A DNA stretch of 64,000 bases from a virus: the IMG/VR virus record IMGVR_UViG_3300020202_000078; one strand, 5' to 3'. This document shows positions 36,148 to 45,968 of the stretch, piece by piece. The position numbers and the translations under genes were made by a program. Within the stretch, counting starts at the first letter, position 1. The number at the start of each line of letters is the position of its first letter. The notes below the pieces were generated by a model. The model had not been told where the DNA came from. It saw only the letters and a list, made by a program, of their open reading frames with translations, and did not search any database.

Positions 36148-36969
36148 TTGCGGCTTGAACCGGCAAACACGGCATTCTTCCGTCCCAACGGCTTGAGCGC
36201 CTTCAAGGTCAGGCTTTTCGACAGGGTTGGGGCCGCCATCCAAGCTGCCGGCGGCGCCTATGTGAAGGGCGACTTCGAGCTTCTGGACCACAAGGTAAGC
36301 AAGGGCCGCATTCCGATAGTCGGCTGCACGCCGGAGCTTCGGCCCTACATCAACCGATGGAGGGAGGAAGGGCGGACGTGGGTCTACTGGGATCGGGGCT
36401 ATAATCGCCGGGTCTTTGCCACGGACCTGCCAACAGGAACGGACGGGGGCTACTACCGCTGGCAGGTCAACGGCTACCAGATGCGCGAGATCAGGGATGT
36501 CCCTGCCGACCGCTGGCGGGCCGCTGCAACGCCGTTGTGGCCCTGGTCAAAGAACGGCCGACACATCGTGGTCGCCGAGCCCTCGCCGACCTATCAGCGC
36601 TTCCACCGGATCGAGGGCTGGACGGAGCGGACGCTAGAGGCCCTGAAGGCCATCACAGACCGGCCCATCGTGGTCCGCGACAAGGAACAGCAGCGGTTCG
36701 GACGCAAGCTGCATGAGGATTTGAAGGGCGCCCACTGCCTCGTCACCCACGGCTCTAACGCGGCGGTGGAGGCGGTCATCATGGGTTGCCCGGTGTTCGT
36801 TCACCCCGACAGCGCCGCCTCCCTGGTGGGGCGAACCGATTTCGATATCGAAAACCCGATCTACCCCGACCGCGAGCCCTGGGTTCGGTCGCTTGCCTAC
36901 TCACAGTTCAACGAGCGCGAGCTGATCGACGGCACCCTGTGGCGGCTGCTTGGAGGCCCAAATGACTGA
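36148..36969 (+). CDS. Putative GT-B-like glycosyltransferase (capsule-polysaccharide-biosynthesis-like C-terminal domain)
   Basis: RBS AGGAAAGG before TTG; HIVVAEPS...IVVRDKEQQ..G.K....L.......VTHGSNAAVEAVIMGCPVFV. Confidence 0.45.
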   Translation: MRLEPANTAFFRPNGLSAFKVRLFDRVGAAIQAAGGAYVKGDFELLDHKVSKGRIPIVGCTPELRPYINRWREEGRTWVYWDRGYNRRVFATDLPTGTDGGYYRWQVNGYQMREIRDVPADRWRAAATPLWPWSKNGRHIVVAEPSPTYQRFHRIEGWTERTLEALKAITDRPIVVRDKEQQRFGRKLHEDLKGAHCLVTHGSNAAVEAVIMGCPVFVHPDSAASLVGRTDFDIENPIYPDREPWVRSLAYSQFNERELIDGTLWRLLGGPND

Positions 36970-37168
36970 CACCGAAATGAAGGCGCCAACGATGAGGGTT
37001 CGATTTCTCCGCGACTACGACTACGTTCCATCGGGAGCGCCCCGCTCCATCGTGGCGTACAAGGCGAACACAAAGCCGACCGTGAAGCGCGAGGCCGGCG
37101 AGGCCGCCATCGCCAACGGTGCGGCTGTCGAAATCGCCCCGCCGAAGCGCGTCCGTGGCCGCACCTAA
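36961..37168 (+). CDS. Small hypothetical structural-module protein
   Basis: RBS GGAGG. Confidence 0.4.
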
Positions 37169-37514
37169 GTCCCCCGGCGACCTCAGGCAGCGCATCACCT
37201 TCCAGCGCCGCCTGACGGCGTCCGACGGCTACGGCAATCATCAAGGCGACTGGGCGGACCTGTTCACCCGCTGGGCAAGCATCAACCCTACGCGGGGTGG
37301 CGAGGAAATCCAGGCCGGGCGGATCGCTGGCAAGGCCACCTGGGATTTGTGGATGCGCAATGACGGCCAGGGCCGGGAGGTGGTGACCGGGGACCGGGCC
37401 ATCGACCAGCGCGACAAGACGCGGACGTTCAACATCGTCTTCGGGCCGGTGGATATGTACGGGGATGGCAAGTTCTTGTTCTGCCAACTCCAGTCCGGTG
37501 TCGCTGATGGCTAG
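37152..37514 (+). CDS. Head-tail joining protein (gp16-like / Phage_H_T_join)
   Basis: LRQRITFQRR...DGYGN....W..LFTRWASI.P..G.E. Confidence 0.55.
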   Translation, partial: SVAAPKSPGDLRQRITFQRRLTASDGYGNHQGDWADLFTRWASINPTRGGEEIQAGRIAGKATWDLWMRNDGQGREVVTGDRAIDQRDKTRTFNIVFGPVDMYGDGKFLFCQLQSGVADG

Positions 37515-37929
37515 TGGCGTTGAGGGCGTTGAGCGGCTGATGGCCAAGTTCGCAAAAATGCCCTCTCGTGTTCGGGCGGCGATGAAGCGGAGCGTCGATA
37601 GGAACGCGGACTCCCTAGTATCGCAGATGCGTGCCATCGCTCCGGTATCTGCCGACGGGGATCATCCCGGCCGCCTTCGCGACAGCATCCGTAAGGAAGA
37701 GGGCAGGCTGGGTGATGTGTCGGCGGTGGTCTTGGTTGACGCCAAGGACGAGAACGGAAAGCCCTATGCTGCGCACGTTGAGCTTGGCCACGCCGCTGTC
37801 GACGGGTCTCAAGTTCCTGCCGAGCCGTTCTTCTACCCCGTGGTCCGGATCAATCGGAAGAAGATCAAGCGCAGTATCGCCAGCGCTGTCAGCCGAGCAG
37901 TGAAGGCAGACGCCAAGGGGGCGGCATGA
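37507..37929 (+). CDS. HK97 gp10-like tail component
   Basis: LVSQMRAIAPVSADGDHPGRLRDSI....YAAHVELGHA..PAEPFF. Confidence 0.6.
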   Translation: MASGVEGVERLMAKFAKMPSRVRAAMKRSVDRNADSLVSQMRAIAPVSADGDHPGRLRDSIRKEEGRLGDVSAVVLVDAKDENGKPYAAHVELGHAAVDGSQVPAEPFFYPVVRINRKKIKRSIASAVSRAVKADAKGAA

Positions 37930-38360
37930 GCAGCAGCTACGCCGCCACCGCCGCCCTCGCGGTCCAGGGCGCTATTCACACGGCTATGCTGGCTTCGACG
38001 GCCTTGCGGGCCATCCTGGGCAATCCAGTTAGGATTTATGATCGCGTCCCCAGCGACCCCGATAAGCCCGTGTTTCCCTATGCCAGCTTCGGCCCTATCC
38101 AGGGCTTGGACGGCGGCGATACCTGTCACGTTGGCGCAGAAGTCTTCGTTCAGATCGACGTCTGGTCTCGGAAGGTCGGACGGGTAGAGGCTCAACAGGC
38201 CGCTGCGGTCATCGCTTCCCTTTTGGATGACGAGATCACTGTCACCGGCTTTCAATTGCTCGTCCATGAGATGCGGGACGTCCTGATCCAGACCGGCAGG
38301 GACGGCCTAACCACGCAGGCGATCATCCGCCTTCGCTACGAACTGGCTCCGACCAGCTGA
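37926..38360 (+). CDS. DUF3168-like tail completion / terminator protein
   Basis: Position and size; RIYDRVP..P...FPYASF. Confidence 0.5.
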   Translation: MSSSYAATAALAVQGAIHTAMLASTALRAILGNPVRIYDRVPSDPDKPVFPYASFGPIQGLDGGDTCHVGAEVFVQIDVWSRKVGRVEAQQAAAVIASLLDDEITVTGFQLLVHEMRDVLIQTGRDGLTTQAIIRLRYELAPTS

Positions 38361-38415
38361 CCATTCCGGCTTTGACCGGCTTTCGCCGCCCTGCGGTTTC
38401 ACTAGGAGCGCCACT

Positions 38416-38856
38416 ATGGCTCAAGTTGACGTCGTCAACGGCGAGAAGCTGTTGATCATGATTGGAGACGGGGCTTCGCCCGAAGTCTTCTCCCACCCCT
38501 GCTTGATCAATACCGATCGGGGAATTTCCTTCTCTTCGTCGCTGACCCAGGAGCTGATCCCCGACTGTGACTCCCCGGAAGATCCGGCCTGGCAGTCGGC
38601 GGAGAAGGACGGCCTGTCGGCCAACATCAACGGCGCCGGCATGCTCGACGTCGCCAGCATCGAGGAGTTCTACGACTGGTTCACCTCGCCCGACACGAAG
38701 AACGTCAAGGTGAAGGTGGACAAGACCGGCGGCTCCACCTGGACCGGAGCCTTCCACCTGACCGAGTTCTCGATCTCGGGGACCCGGAAGAGCAAGGCCA
38801 CAGCCAGCCTGACCTTGGTCAGCGACGGTGAAGTGACGCGGGCCGACAACGCCTAA
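38416..38856 (+). CDS. Major tail tube protein
   Basis: 146 aa before the chaperone and TMP; RBS AGGAG. Confidence 0.6.
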   Translation: MAQVDVVNGEKLLIMIGDGASPEVFSHPCLINTDRGISFSSSLTQELIPDCDSPEDPAWQSAEKDGLSANINGAGMLDVASIEEFYDWFTSPDTKNVKVKVDKTGGSTWTGAFHLTEFSISGTRKSKATASLTLVSDGEVTRADNA

Positions 38857-39308
38857 TGAGCCGCTCAGCCAAGATCAGCGCGGTATTCGGCGACGGCATC
38901 CACGACTTCCGGCTGCGCATCGGCGAACTCGAAGAGCTGCAAGAGCGCTGCGACGCCGGGCCTGAAGAGATCCTGTTTCGGCTCATGAACGCCACATGGC
39001 GCATCGCCGACGTCAGGCAAACGATCCGCCTTGGCCTGATCGGGGCCGGGATGCAACCGACTCCCGCCCTGATCTTGGTGGAGCGCTACGCTGCCGAGGG
39101 AAGCCTGGGGGAGTGGAAGTCCCTTTGTATCAACATCATCGCTGCCGCGATTGATGGCGCTCCCGACGAGGACAAGCCGCCGGGGGAGGGGAAGGGGGAG
39201 ACGGCGACCTCCCCAGAAGAAAAATCCGGTTCGCCCGGCTCTACGCCATCGGGGGCAAGCTCGGATACGCCCCGGAAGCGGTCGCGGAAACGAGCCTCTG
39301 GCGCTTGA
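38856..39308 (+). CDS. Tail assembly chaperone (GTA g10-like)
   Basis: Lies between the tail tube and TMP genes. Confidence 0.55.
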   Translation: MSRSAKISAVFGDGIHDFRLRIGELEELQERCDAGPEEILFRLMNATWRIADVRQTIRLGLIGAGMQPTPALILVERYAAEGSLGEWKSLCINIIAAAIDGAPDEDKPPGEGKGETATSPEEKSGSPGSTPSGASSDTPRKRSRKRASGA

Positions 39309-39426
39309 TGGCCGCTTTTGAAGGCTGGCGCGAGGCCAACCAGCCCGGCGGCCCGGAAGCCCCCACCGAGCGTGAGTTCGAAGATGCGGTTGCCCGGCAT
39401 ATGTCGCCGGATCAGGAGGCTTAATG
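39308..39426 (+). CDS. Small ORF in the -1 frame after the chaperone (possible frameshift T-part)
   Basis: ATGA/TAATG overlaps on both sides. Confidence 0.3.
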
Positions 39427-41787
39427 GCTGACGAAATTGAGCGTCTCCTGGTCCGCATCGAGGCGAACGCGACCCAATTTGAAGCCCAGATGAAGAAGGT
39501 CAACCGCACCCTCTACGGTGTGGAGGCGACCAACAAGCGCACGTTCGAGCGGATGAAGCGGGACGCGGCGCAGGCGGGGCAGGAACTTGGCCAAATGCTG
39601 GGGGCCGGGTTCGGCAGGGCGTCATTACTGGCCGGCGCCGCTCTGGCCGGCATCAGCGCCTACGCAATCAGGCTGGCGTCGGATGCGGCCGAAATCCGCG
39701 ATGCCTTCCAAGTCGCGTTCAAGGACTCTGCACAATCAGCGCGCCAGTTTGCCGAGGCGCTGGCGGGTAGCCTTGATCGCGACTCTGTCCCAATGCTGGA
39801 GTCGATGACCCGGCTTCAACTGGTCATCACCGGCACTGGGGTTGCGGCAGAAAAGTCGACAGAACTGGTGAAGAGCCTGACGGCCCGGGCGGTCGACGTG
39901 GGGTCTCTGTTCAACGTCGAAGACGCCGAAGCCTACCGGGCCATGATCTCCGGCCTGACCGGCGAGACGGAGCCGCTGAAGCGCTTTGGCGTGGTGCTCA
40001 ATGAAGCTGCCGTGAAGACTGAACTGCTGCGACTGGGCTTCAAGGGCAACACTTCGGCGGCCAGCGAGGCAGCGAAGACCATCGCGCGCGCCAACATCAT
40101 CCTGGAGAAAACTTCTGTCGCCCAGGGCAACGCTGCACGCACGGCGGGTAGCGCGGCCAACTCCGCCAAGGCGATGAAGGATCAGTTCAACATTGCCGCC
40201 CGCGACCTCGGCGAAATCCTCCTACCGCATGTGACGAAGGCCATGCAGGAGGTGACGAAGCTCGTCAAAGCCTTCAACGACATGCCGAGCGGCGTCCAGA
40301 TCGCCGGCCTGGCGATCCTAGCCTTCGTAGCGGCCGGTGGGCCGATTGCTGCGCTGCTCGGCAGCCTCGGCAAAGTCATCAAACTCGCCGGGATGGCTCG
40401 GGCCTCGCTGATGGGCCTTACGGGGGCCAACGCCGCCGCTGGAGGCTCCGGCCTGATCGGGGCGGCGGGGGTCGGGGGCACGTTCGGAGCGCCACTTGCC
40501 GTGGCCGGTGCTGGTGGCTTCGCCCTATGGCAGTCCAACGAGCAGGAGAAGCGCTACGAAGGCATCATGAAGAACCTCGGCCGGGCTTCGGAAGAGGATC
40601 TTGCGTTCGCCTTGGGCTATACGGATTCGAACCTGGACCGCGCCACCCGCACGAGCCGCGTCGCGGCTGGCGCTCAGCGTCGGAGCAGGTTCACCAGCGA
40701 CCGGGGGCGGCTCCTAAGGGAGCAGATGGAACGCGGCCTGCAACCCGGCAACGTGTTCAATCCGGATGGCATCCGTTCGACGGAAGCCTCGCGGTTTGAC
40801 CTTCCGCCGGAGCTGCTGAGACCGACAAGTGGCTCGTCCGGTGGCGGGCGCGGGAAGACGGGTCCGACCAAGGAGGAGCTTGCGGCCAAGGCCGAGGAGC
40901 TACGCCTTGAGCAGGAGTTGGAGCGCGCCCGGGCGTCTGGCGATGCGACCCGCATCCAAGCCGCCGAAACCGAACAATGGCTGAAGGATCGTACGGCGAA
41001 GTACGTCGCAACCGGACGCAGCCAAGCCGACGCGGAGATTCTCGCCCTTACGGACAAGATTGCCCTCAACCGGGAAGAACTGGCGCTGGTCGAGCGGCTG
41101 GCGAGCGTAAAGGCTGCCACTTTCGAGGCGGACCCTCAACTGATCGACTTCGGCCTTGCCGAGGCGGCGGAAGGCATACAGGCCAACGAAGACGAGATGC
41201 GCGAGACGTTCCGCCGTTCGTTTGGCGATGGCGTCCGCGCGGCGCTGCAGGGCGACCTCGACGGCTATTTCATGAGCCTGGCCGACAGGTTCTCCAACCG
41301 CCTGATCGACAATCTCAGCGATCAACTTTTCGACCTGCTGAACAACTACTCCAAACAGCAGCAGGGCAGCGGAAGCGGCAACTGGTTCTCGTCGGCCCTG
41401 TCCTGGCTGGGAACGAACCTGTTCAGTTCGGGCAGTTACGCGGGCGGCTTCGCCGGTGGAGGAGATTTCCCCTCGGGCAAATGGGCCACCGTGGGCGAGC
41501 AGGGTCCAGAGGCGCTCTACGCCAAGCCCGGCGGCGGGGTGAAGGTGCTCTCCAACGGCGCGCTTCGCGCCATGCGTAGCGCGCGGCCAGCGCAGGGCGG
41601 TGGTGGCTCGGCTCCCATCCTGCAGTTCGACTTGCGAGGCGCCGTGATGACGGAAGACCTGGTCAGCCAGATGAACGCCATTGGGAACGTCGCCCTGCAG
41701 GGCGGCGCGATGATGGGCGGCGCGCAGGCGGCGGCGGCGTCGGCGCGGGCAAGCGCCCGCAAGCAAGCAACGACGATCCCTCGATGA
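39424..41787 (+). CDS. Tail tape measure protein
   Basis: 787 aa, coiled-coil/Ala-Gly rich, canonical position. Confidence 0.85.
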   Translation: MADEIERLLVRIEANATQFEAQMKKVNRTLYGVEATNKRTFERMKRDAAQAGQELGQMLGAGFGRASLLAGAALAGISAYAIRLASDAAEIRDAFQVAFKDSAQSARQFAEALAGSLDRDSVPMLESMTRLQLVITGTGVAAEKSTELVKSLTARAVDVGSLFNVEDAEAYRAMISGLTGETEPLKRFGVVLNEAAVKTELLRLGFKGNTSAASEAAKTIARANIILEKTSVAQGNAARTAGSAANSAKAMKDQFNIAARDLGEILLPHVTKAMQEVTKLVKAFNDMPSGVQIAGLAILAFVAAGGPIAALLGSLGKVIKLAGMARASLMGLTGANAAAGGSGLIGAAGVGGTFGAPLAVAGAGGFALWQSNEQEKRYEGIMKNLGRASEEDLAFALGYTDSNLDRATRTSRVAAGAQRRSRFTSDRGRLLREQMERGLQPGNVFNPDGIRSTEASRFDLPPELLRPTSGSSGGGRGKTGPTKEELAAKAEELRLEQELERARASGDATRIQAAETEQWLKDRTAKYVATGRSQADAEILALTDKIALNREELALVERLASVKAATFEADPQLIDFGLAEAAEGIQANEDEMRETFRRSFGDGVRAALQGDLDGYFMSLADRFSNRLIDNLSDQLFDLLNNYSKQQQGSGSGNWFSSALSWLGTNLFSSGSYAGGFAGGGDFPSGKWATVGEQGPEALYAKPGGGVKVLSNGALRAMRSARPAQGGGGSAPILQFDLRGAVMTEDLVSQMNAIGNVALQGGAMMGGAQAAAASARASARKQATTIPR

Positions 41788-42383
41788 GCTTCATCGCCTT
41801 GCCGGTGACGGCCATTCCGAAAGACAGCCTCGAATGGGCCATCGTTGGGGGTGGTGGGTTGCTGACCCCGCTTGTGGGCGGTGTGGAGCAATTCGCGGCG
41901 CGCATGGGCGACAAGTTCGCCGTCGGGGGTGTTCTCGGGACTATGGAGGCCACTTGCGCCAAGGCTTGGATCGCTGCCCTGTTGGCTCAACGGCGCGGCA
42001 CTCCGGTGCGCTGGACCCTGCCGTCTCCCTACGGGATGACCGCCGGAACACCGCTCGTGAAGGGCGCGGCTCAGACGGGTTCGACGCTGGATATCGATGG
42101 CGTCACCGCCGGTCTCACCATCCCAGCCGGGACGCCGTTCAATATCCATGACGGCAGCGGCCGACCGTACCTGCACTTCACCAGCCAAGCGGTGACGGCG
42201 AACGGTTCGGGCGAAGCTACGCTGACATTCACCCCCATGATGCGCGTCAGCCCGGCAGACAACAGCGCCGTGGAGTTCGCCTCGCCGAAGCTGGAGGGGT
42301 GGATGAACGAGGTGGGGGTGAGCTGGTCACTTCGGCGGCTCCGTTTTCACACGGTTCCCTTCTCAATCCGGGAGGCCCGATGA
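41784..42383 (+). CDS. Distal tail protein (GTA g12-like)
   Basis: Position after the TMP. Confidence 0.55.
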   Translation: MSFIALPVTAIPKDSLEWAIVGGGGLLTPLVGGVEQFAARMGDKFAVGGVLGTMEATCAKAWIAALLAQRRGTPVRWTLPSPYGMTAGTPLVKGAAQTGSTLDIDGVTAGLTIPAGTPFNIHDGSGRPYLHFTSQAVTANGSGEATLTFTPMMRVSPADNSAVEFASPKLEGWMNEVGVSWSLRRLRFHTVPFSIREAR

Positions 42384-43123
42384 CTCCTGAAATGGAAGCA
42401 GCCTATGACGGCTATGGCTTCATCGAATGGGCGGCGCTGAAGATCGAGTTTCCGGACCGGACGGTCAGGCTGCTGGAGCGGTCTGGCTATCTGGACTTGG
42501 GCGGCTCTGAGGTCTTCACCGGGGAAGACGCTGTCTATGGAACCTGGGTCACGGGGGATGACATTGGCGATGGGGTCGACGGTGAGGCTCCGCGCTTTCA
42601 GTTCACCCTTGCTGTTCCCGATGCAACGACGGCGCAAGCGCTGATCGCGGGGGACCGGCAGATGAGCCCGGTCACGGTGCTAACGGGCCTGGTCGATCCA
42701 ATGACGGGCGAGCCGTTGCCGGGCTGGGAAACCGAGTTCGTCGGCTTCTTCGACGTTGCCCGACGACACACTGCCTATGGGGAGGGCGACCTGGTCGAAT
42801 GCGACAGCTTCTCCGTCTTTGAGCATCTGATGGAGAACGCCGAAGGGGTCCGCCTGAACGGCGCTTGGCACAAGGAACGGTATCCAGCCGAGTTGGGCCT
42901 GGACCATATCGTCGATATTGAGAAAACCTTGCCGTGGGGCACCGGCGGCGCGAACAGCGGTTTCAGCGGCAAGGGCAAGAATGACGGCCCCTGGTGGACG
43001 GAGGGTTTCTCGCCGCTCACTCGCTACGCGACCCGCTCATCCGGGACCTTCGGCCAGCTGTTCAACCCCGCCATTCAGGCGGCGACGCACTTCCGCCAGA
43101 TGCGGCAGATCAAGAACGGATGA
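42380..43123 (+). CDS. GTA g13-like tail protein (DUF2163-like)
   Basis: Position; ATGA coupling. Confidence 0.55.
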   Translation: MTPEMEAAYDGYGFIEWAALKIEFPDRTVRLLERSGYLDLGGSEVFTGEDAVYGTWVTGDDIGDGVDGEAPRFQFTLAVPDATTAQALIAGDRQMSPVTVLTGLVDPMTGEPLPGWETEFVGFFDVARRHTAYGEGDLVECDSFSVFEHLMENAEGVRLNGAWHKERYPAELGLDHIVDIEKTLPWGTGGANSGFSGKGKNDGPWWTEGFSPLTRYATRSSGTFGQLFNPAIQAATHFRQMRQIKNG

Positions 43124-43560
43124 CGCACCCAGCGATCCGGCGGCAACAGGCCGCGCAAGCCGTTCTCGACCAGTTCAAAGGGCGCCAGATCGATTACCGG
43201 GATGTCGACTGTGGACGCATGGCGAAGGCGCTCCTTCTGGCCATGGGACACAAGCCCCGATGGGCTCGGTTCAGCGGCTACACGACCGAGCGCGGAGCCG
43301 TCCTGAAGCTGAAGCGGGCCGGCTTCAACGACGTGGCTGCAGTAGTTGATGACCTGGGGTTCCCCCGTGTCCCCTTCAGCATGGCGATGCGGGCCGATCT
43401 GCTTGGGTTCCCCGATGGGGGCTGGACGGCGTTAGGGGTGGCCATGGGCGGTGGGAAGTTTCTGGCGGCCCGGGGATCTGATCAGGTGTTCGAGGTTGGC
43501 GGCGATCTGCCGCCGCACTTGATGGATCAAGCCTTCGCCTGGCGGGTGGAGCCGCGCTGA
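43120..43560 (+). CDS. Tail-associated NlpC/P60-family cell-wall peptidase (GTA g14-like)
   Basis: YRDVDCGRMAKALL catalytic Cys context; position. Confidence 0.55.
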   Translation: MTHPAIRRQQAAQAVLDQFKGRQIDYRDVDCGRMAKALLLAMGHKPRWARFSGYTTERGAVLKLKRAGFNDVAAVVDDLGFPRVPFSMAMRADLLGFPDGGWTALGVAMGGGKFLAARGSDQVFEVGGDLPPHLMDQAFAWRVEPR

Positions 43561-45968
43561 TGGGAGCGTTGGCGGGTGTGTTCTCCAGCGCCGTGAACTG
43601 GGTCGGAGGGATGTTCTCCGGCGGCGCGGCCGGTGGTGTCGGCGCTGGCAGCGTTGGCGCAGGGACTACGAACGCCATGGTGAGCGGCTTCGCATCGGCG
43701 GCGGGCAGTTCAGGGTTCATCGGCCAGGTCGCCAATACTGCGTTTCAGCTTGCGCTCTCGTCGGCTCTCTCAGTGGCCTTTCAGCCAAATCTTGCCAGCT
43801 CTGGCGGGCAGACGATCAAGTGGCGCCCCGACCCGAACGCAGGCGTTCCCTACGTGCTGGGTAGAACGGCTACGGCCGGCGCTCCGGTCTATAAGAATGT
43901 CTACGGCGGGGAGAAGGCTCGCCACTACCGAACGGTCAACGTCCTGTCGGTCGGTCCTATCGAGGGGATCGAAGCGCAGTTCATGAACGACGTTGACACC
44001 ACGTTCAACGTCAACCGGAACGCAGTCGGCTATTACAACGACCTGATGTGGTTCGACTACAAAGTCGGCAACATCACGGAGTCGGCGCACACCCTTTCCA
44101 CGCCGCCGTTTACGCCCGATCCCGATACTGTCTTCACGACGGACCACAAGATTTCGGGGCTGGCGACCTACCAGCTGATCATGCGCTACGCGGCGCTGAA
44201 GTATTCCACCGGGCCGGCCACGCCGCTCATGGTGACGCTTGGGCCGGCTGTATACGACCCGCGAGAGGACAGCTCTGTTCCTGGGGGATCGGGATCGCAG
44301 GACTCGACCGACCCTGACACCTGGTCGTTTACGGGGCGAAGCAATCCCTTCCTGCAGGCCATCACATGGTCGCTCGGGATCAAGGGGTGGGACGGATCGA
44401 GCAGCCCTGGCCAGTGGGTGACGCTGTTGGGCGCGGGAATGCCCATTGCCGGCATAGACACGGCGGCCTTCATGGAGGGGGCCAACGTCTGCGAGACGAA
44501 CGGCTGGACCTGCGGCGGCGTCGCGCTCTCCACGGATGCGAAGTACACGGTGCTGGAGCAGATGCTTCGCGCCGGTGGCGGGCGACCGATCCCGATGGGC
44601 GGGAAAATGTCGGTCATGGTGCAGGCGCCGAGGGTGTCTATCGCCACGCTGACCGGCGCGGATTTGGTCGGGCCGATTTCTCTCACGGGGCCGCCGGGGT
44701 TCAGGGAGCGGTTCAACACGGTCATTCCCCGCTACCGCGAAGAGGATCGCGGTTGGGAGGTGATCGCGGCAGACCCGGTCTCTGTCCCGGCCTTCGTGGT
44801 GGCCGATGAAGGTCCGCGAACGAGGGAGATTGGATACCCCTTCGTTCAAGACAAGGACCAAGCGGCGCAGCTGGCCAAGTACGACATTTGGGAAAGCCGT
44901 GAGGCCGGACCGTGGGAATTGGAGGTGCGCCCTCGCTGGCGGGCGTTGAAGCCCGGGGATTGCATCACCCTCGACGAACCTGAGCTTGGCATTGATGCGG
45001 TGAAGCTGTTGATCCGCGAGCGGACCCGCAACCCGGTCACCGGTCGCGTGGTCCTGCGCTGCTGGACCGAGACGGACGCCAAGCACGCCGACGCCCTAGG
45101 CGCTACCGGCACGCTGCCGGCGGCCGGCGGGTTCGATACGACCGAGCCGGGGATCGAGCCGCCGGATAGCGGAACTTGGACTGCGACGCCGGGAACGGCT
45201 GTTGGGGGCGGGGCGGAAATCCCGGTGATCTACATCACGGGGACCGTGGATAGCGTCGAGGCGGCCGACCTTGTCGTTCGCTACCGTATCGACACAGGCT
45301 CGCCGGCTTCAGATTGGGAATACGTCGCCTTTCCGGTGGACGCGCCCAAGATGCCGATCCCGGCCATCGCGCCGATCACCGACTATGAAATCGAGTACGC
45401 CTATCGGTCCGTTCGTGGGGCGGTCTCAGAGACGTGGACGGCAGACGCCGGCGGCTTCGTCACGACCGGTGACCTGATCCCGATGGATGACAGCGTCACC
45501 ACGCCGAAGATCGTGGATGAGAATGTCACCATCCTTGAGCAGCAGACCCGATCCACGGGCTTCGGTGGCGCTGGAGCGATCTTCATTCCCTGGCAAGGCG
45601 CGGGGAATGACGTGTTCACACAGCTGGATGAGTACACCTTCACCTACAGCGGCGAGGGTTCGATCACCATTGAATGGACTGGCAAGATCGAGTGGCAGCG
45701 CAACGCCGCGACACACCTCAAGTTCTTCGTCAGCTTGGACGAGAGCCCAACCTTCACCGGGTCATACGGGGGTTTCGAGGGTGACATCGTCATCTATCAG
45801 GGCAACCAGAATGCCCTGTCTTCAGTGGTCATCCTGCCCATCAACCTGTCGGGATTGAGCGTCGGCAGCCACACGCTCGAAATCTGGGCTCAGACCGAAG
45901 AGAACACGGCCAACGTGCCGTACCTCGACACCGGCGCGACCTTCAAAGAGTTCGTGAGCAAGAAATGA
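43560..45968 (+). CDS. Host specificity / central tail fiber protein (gpJ or GTA g15-like)
   Basis: 802 aa with Gly-rich N-terminus; position. Confidence 0.7.
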   Translation: MGALAGVFSSAVNWVGGMFSGGAAGGVGAGSVGAGTTNAMVSGFASAAGSSGFIGQVANTAFQLALSSALSVAFQPNLASSGGQTIKWRPDPNAGVPYVLGRTATAGAPVYKNVYGGEKARHYRTVNVLSVGPIEGIEAQFMNDVDTTFNVNRNAVGYYNDLMWFDYKVGNITESAHTLSTPPFTPDPDTVFTTDHKISGLATYQLIMRYAALKYSTGPATPLMVTLGPAVYDPREDSSVPGGSGSQDSTDPDTWSFTGRSNPFLQAITWSLGIKGWDGSSSPGQWVTLLGAGMPIAGIDTAAFMEGANVCETNGWTCGGVALSTDAKYTVLEQMLRAGGGRPIPMGGKMSVMVQAPRVSIATLTGADLVGPISLTGPPGFRERFNTVIPRYREEDRGWEVIAADPVSVPAFVVADEGPRTREIGYPFVQDKDQAAQLAKYDIWESREAGPWELEVRPRWRALKPGDCITLDEPELGIDAVKLLIRERTRNPVTGRVVLRCWTETDAKHADALGATGTLPAAGGFDTTEPGIEPPDSGTWTATPGTAVGGGAEIPVIYITGTVDSVEAADLVVRYRIDTGSPASDWEYVAFPVDAPKMPIPAIAPITDYEIEYAYRSVRGAVSETWTADAGGFVTTGDLIPMDDSVTTPKIVDENVTILEQQTRSTGFGGAGAIFIPWQGAGNDVFTQLDEYTFTYSGEGSITIEWTGKIEWQRNAATHLKFFVSLDESPTFTGSYGGFEGDIVIYQGNQNALSSVVILPINLSGLSVGSHTLEIWAQTEENTANVPYLDTGATFKEFVSKK

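Noticed and set aside
39150-39200. Candidate slippery site gaagaaaaatcc in the chaperone
   Set aside because: It does not fit the X XXY YYZ pattern in the zero frame, so the frameshift stays hypothetical.
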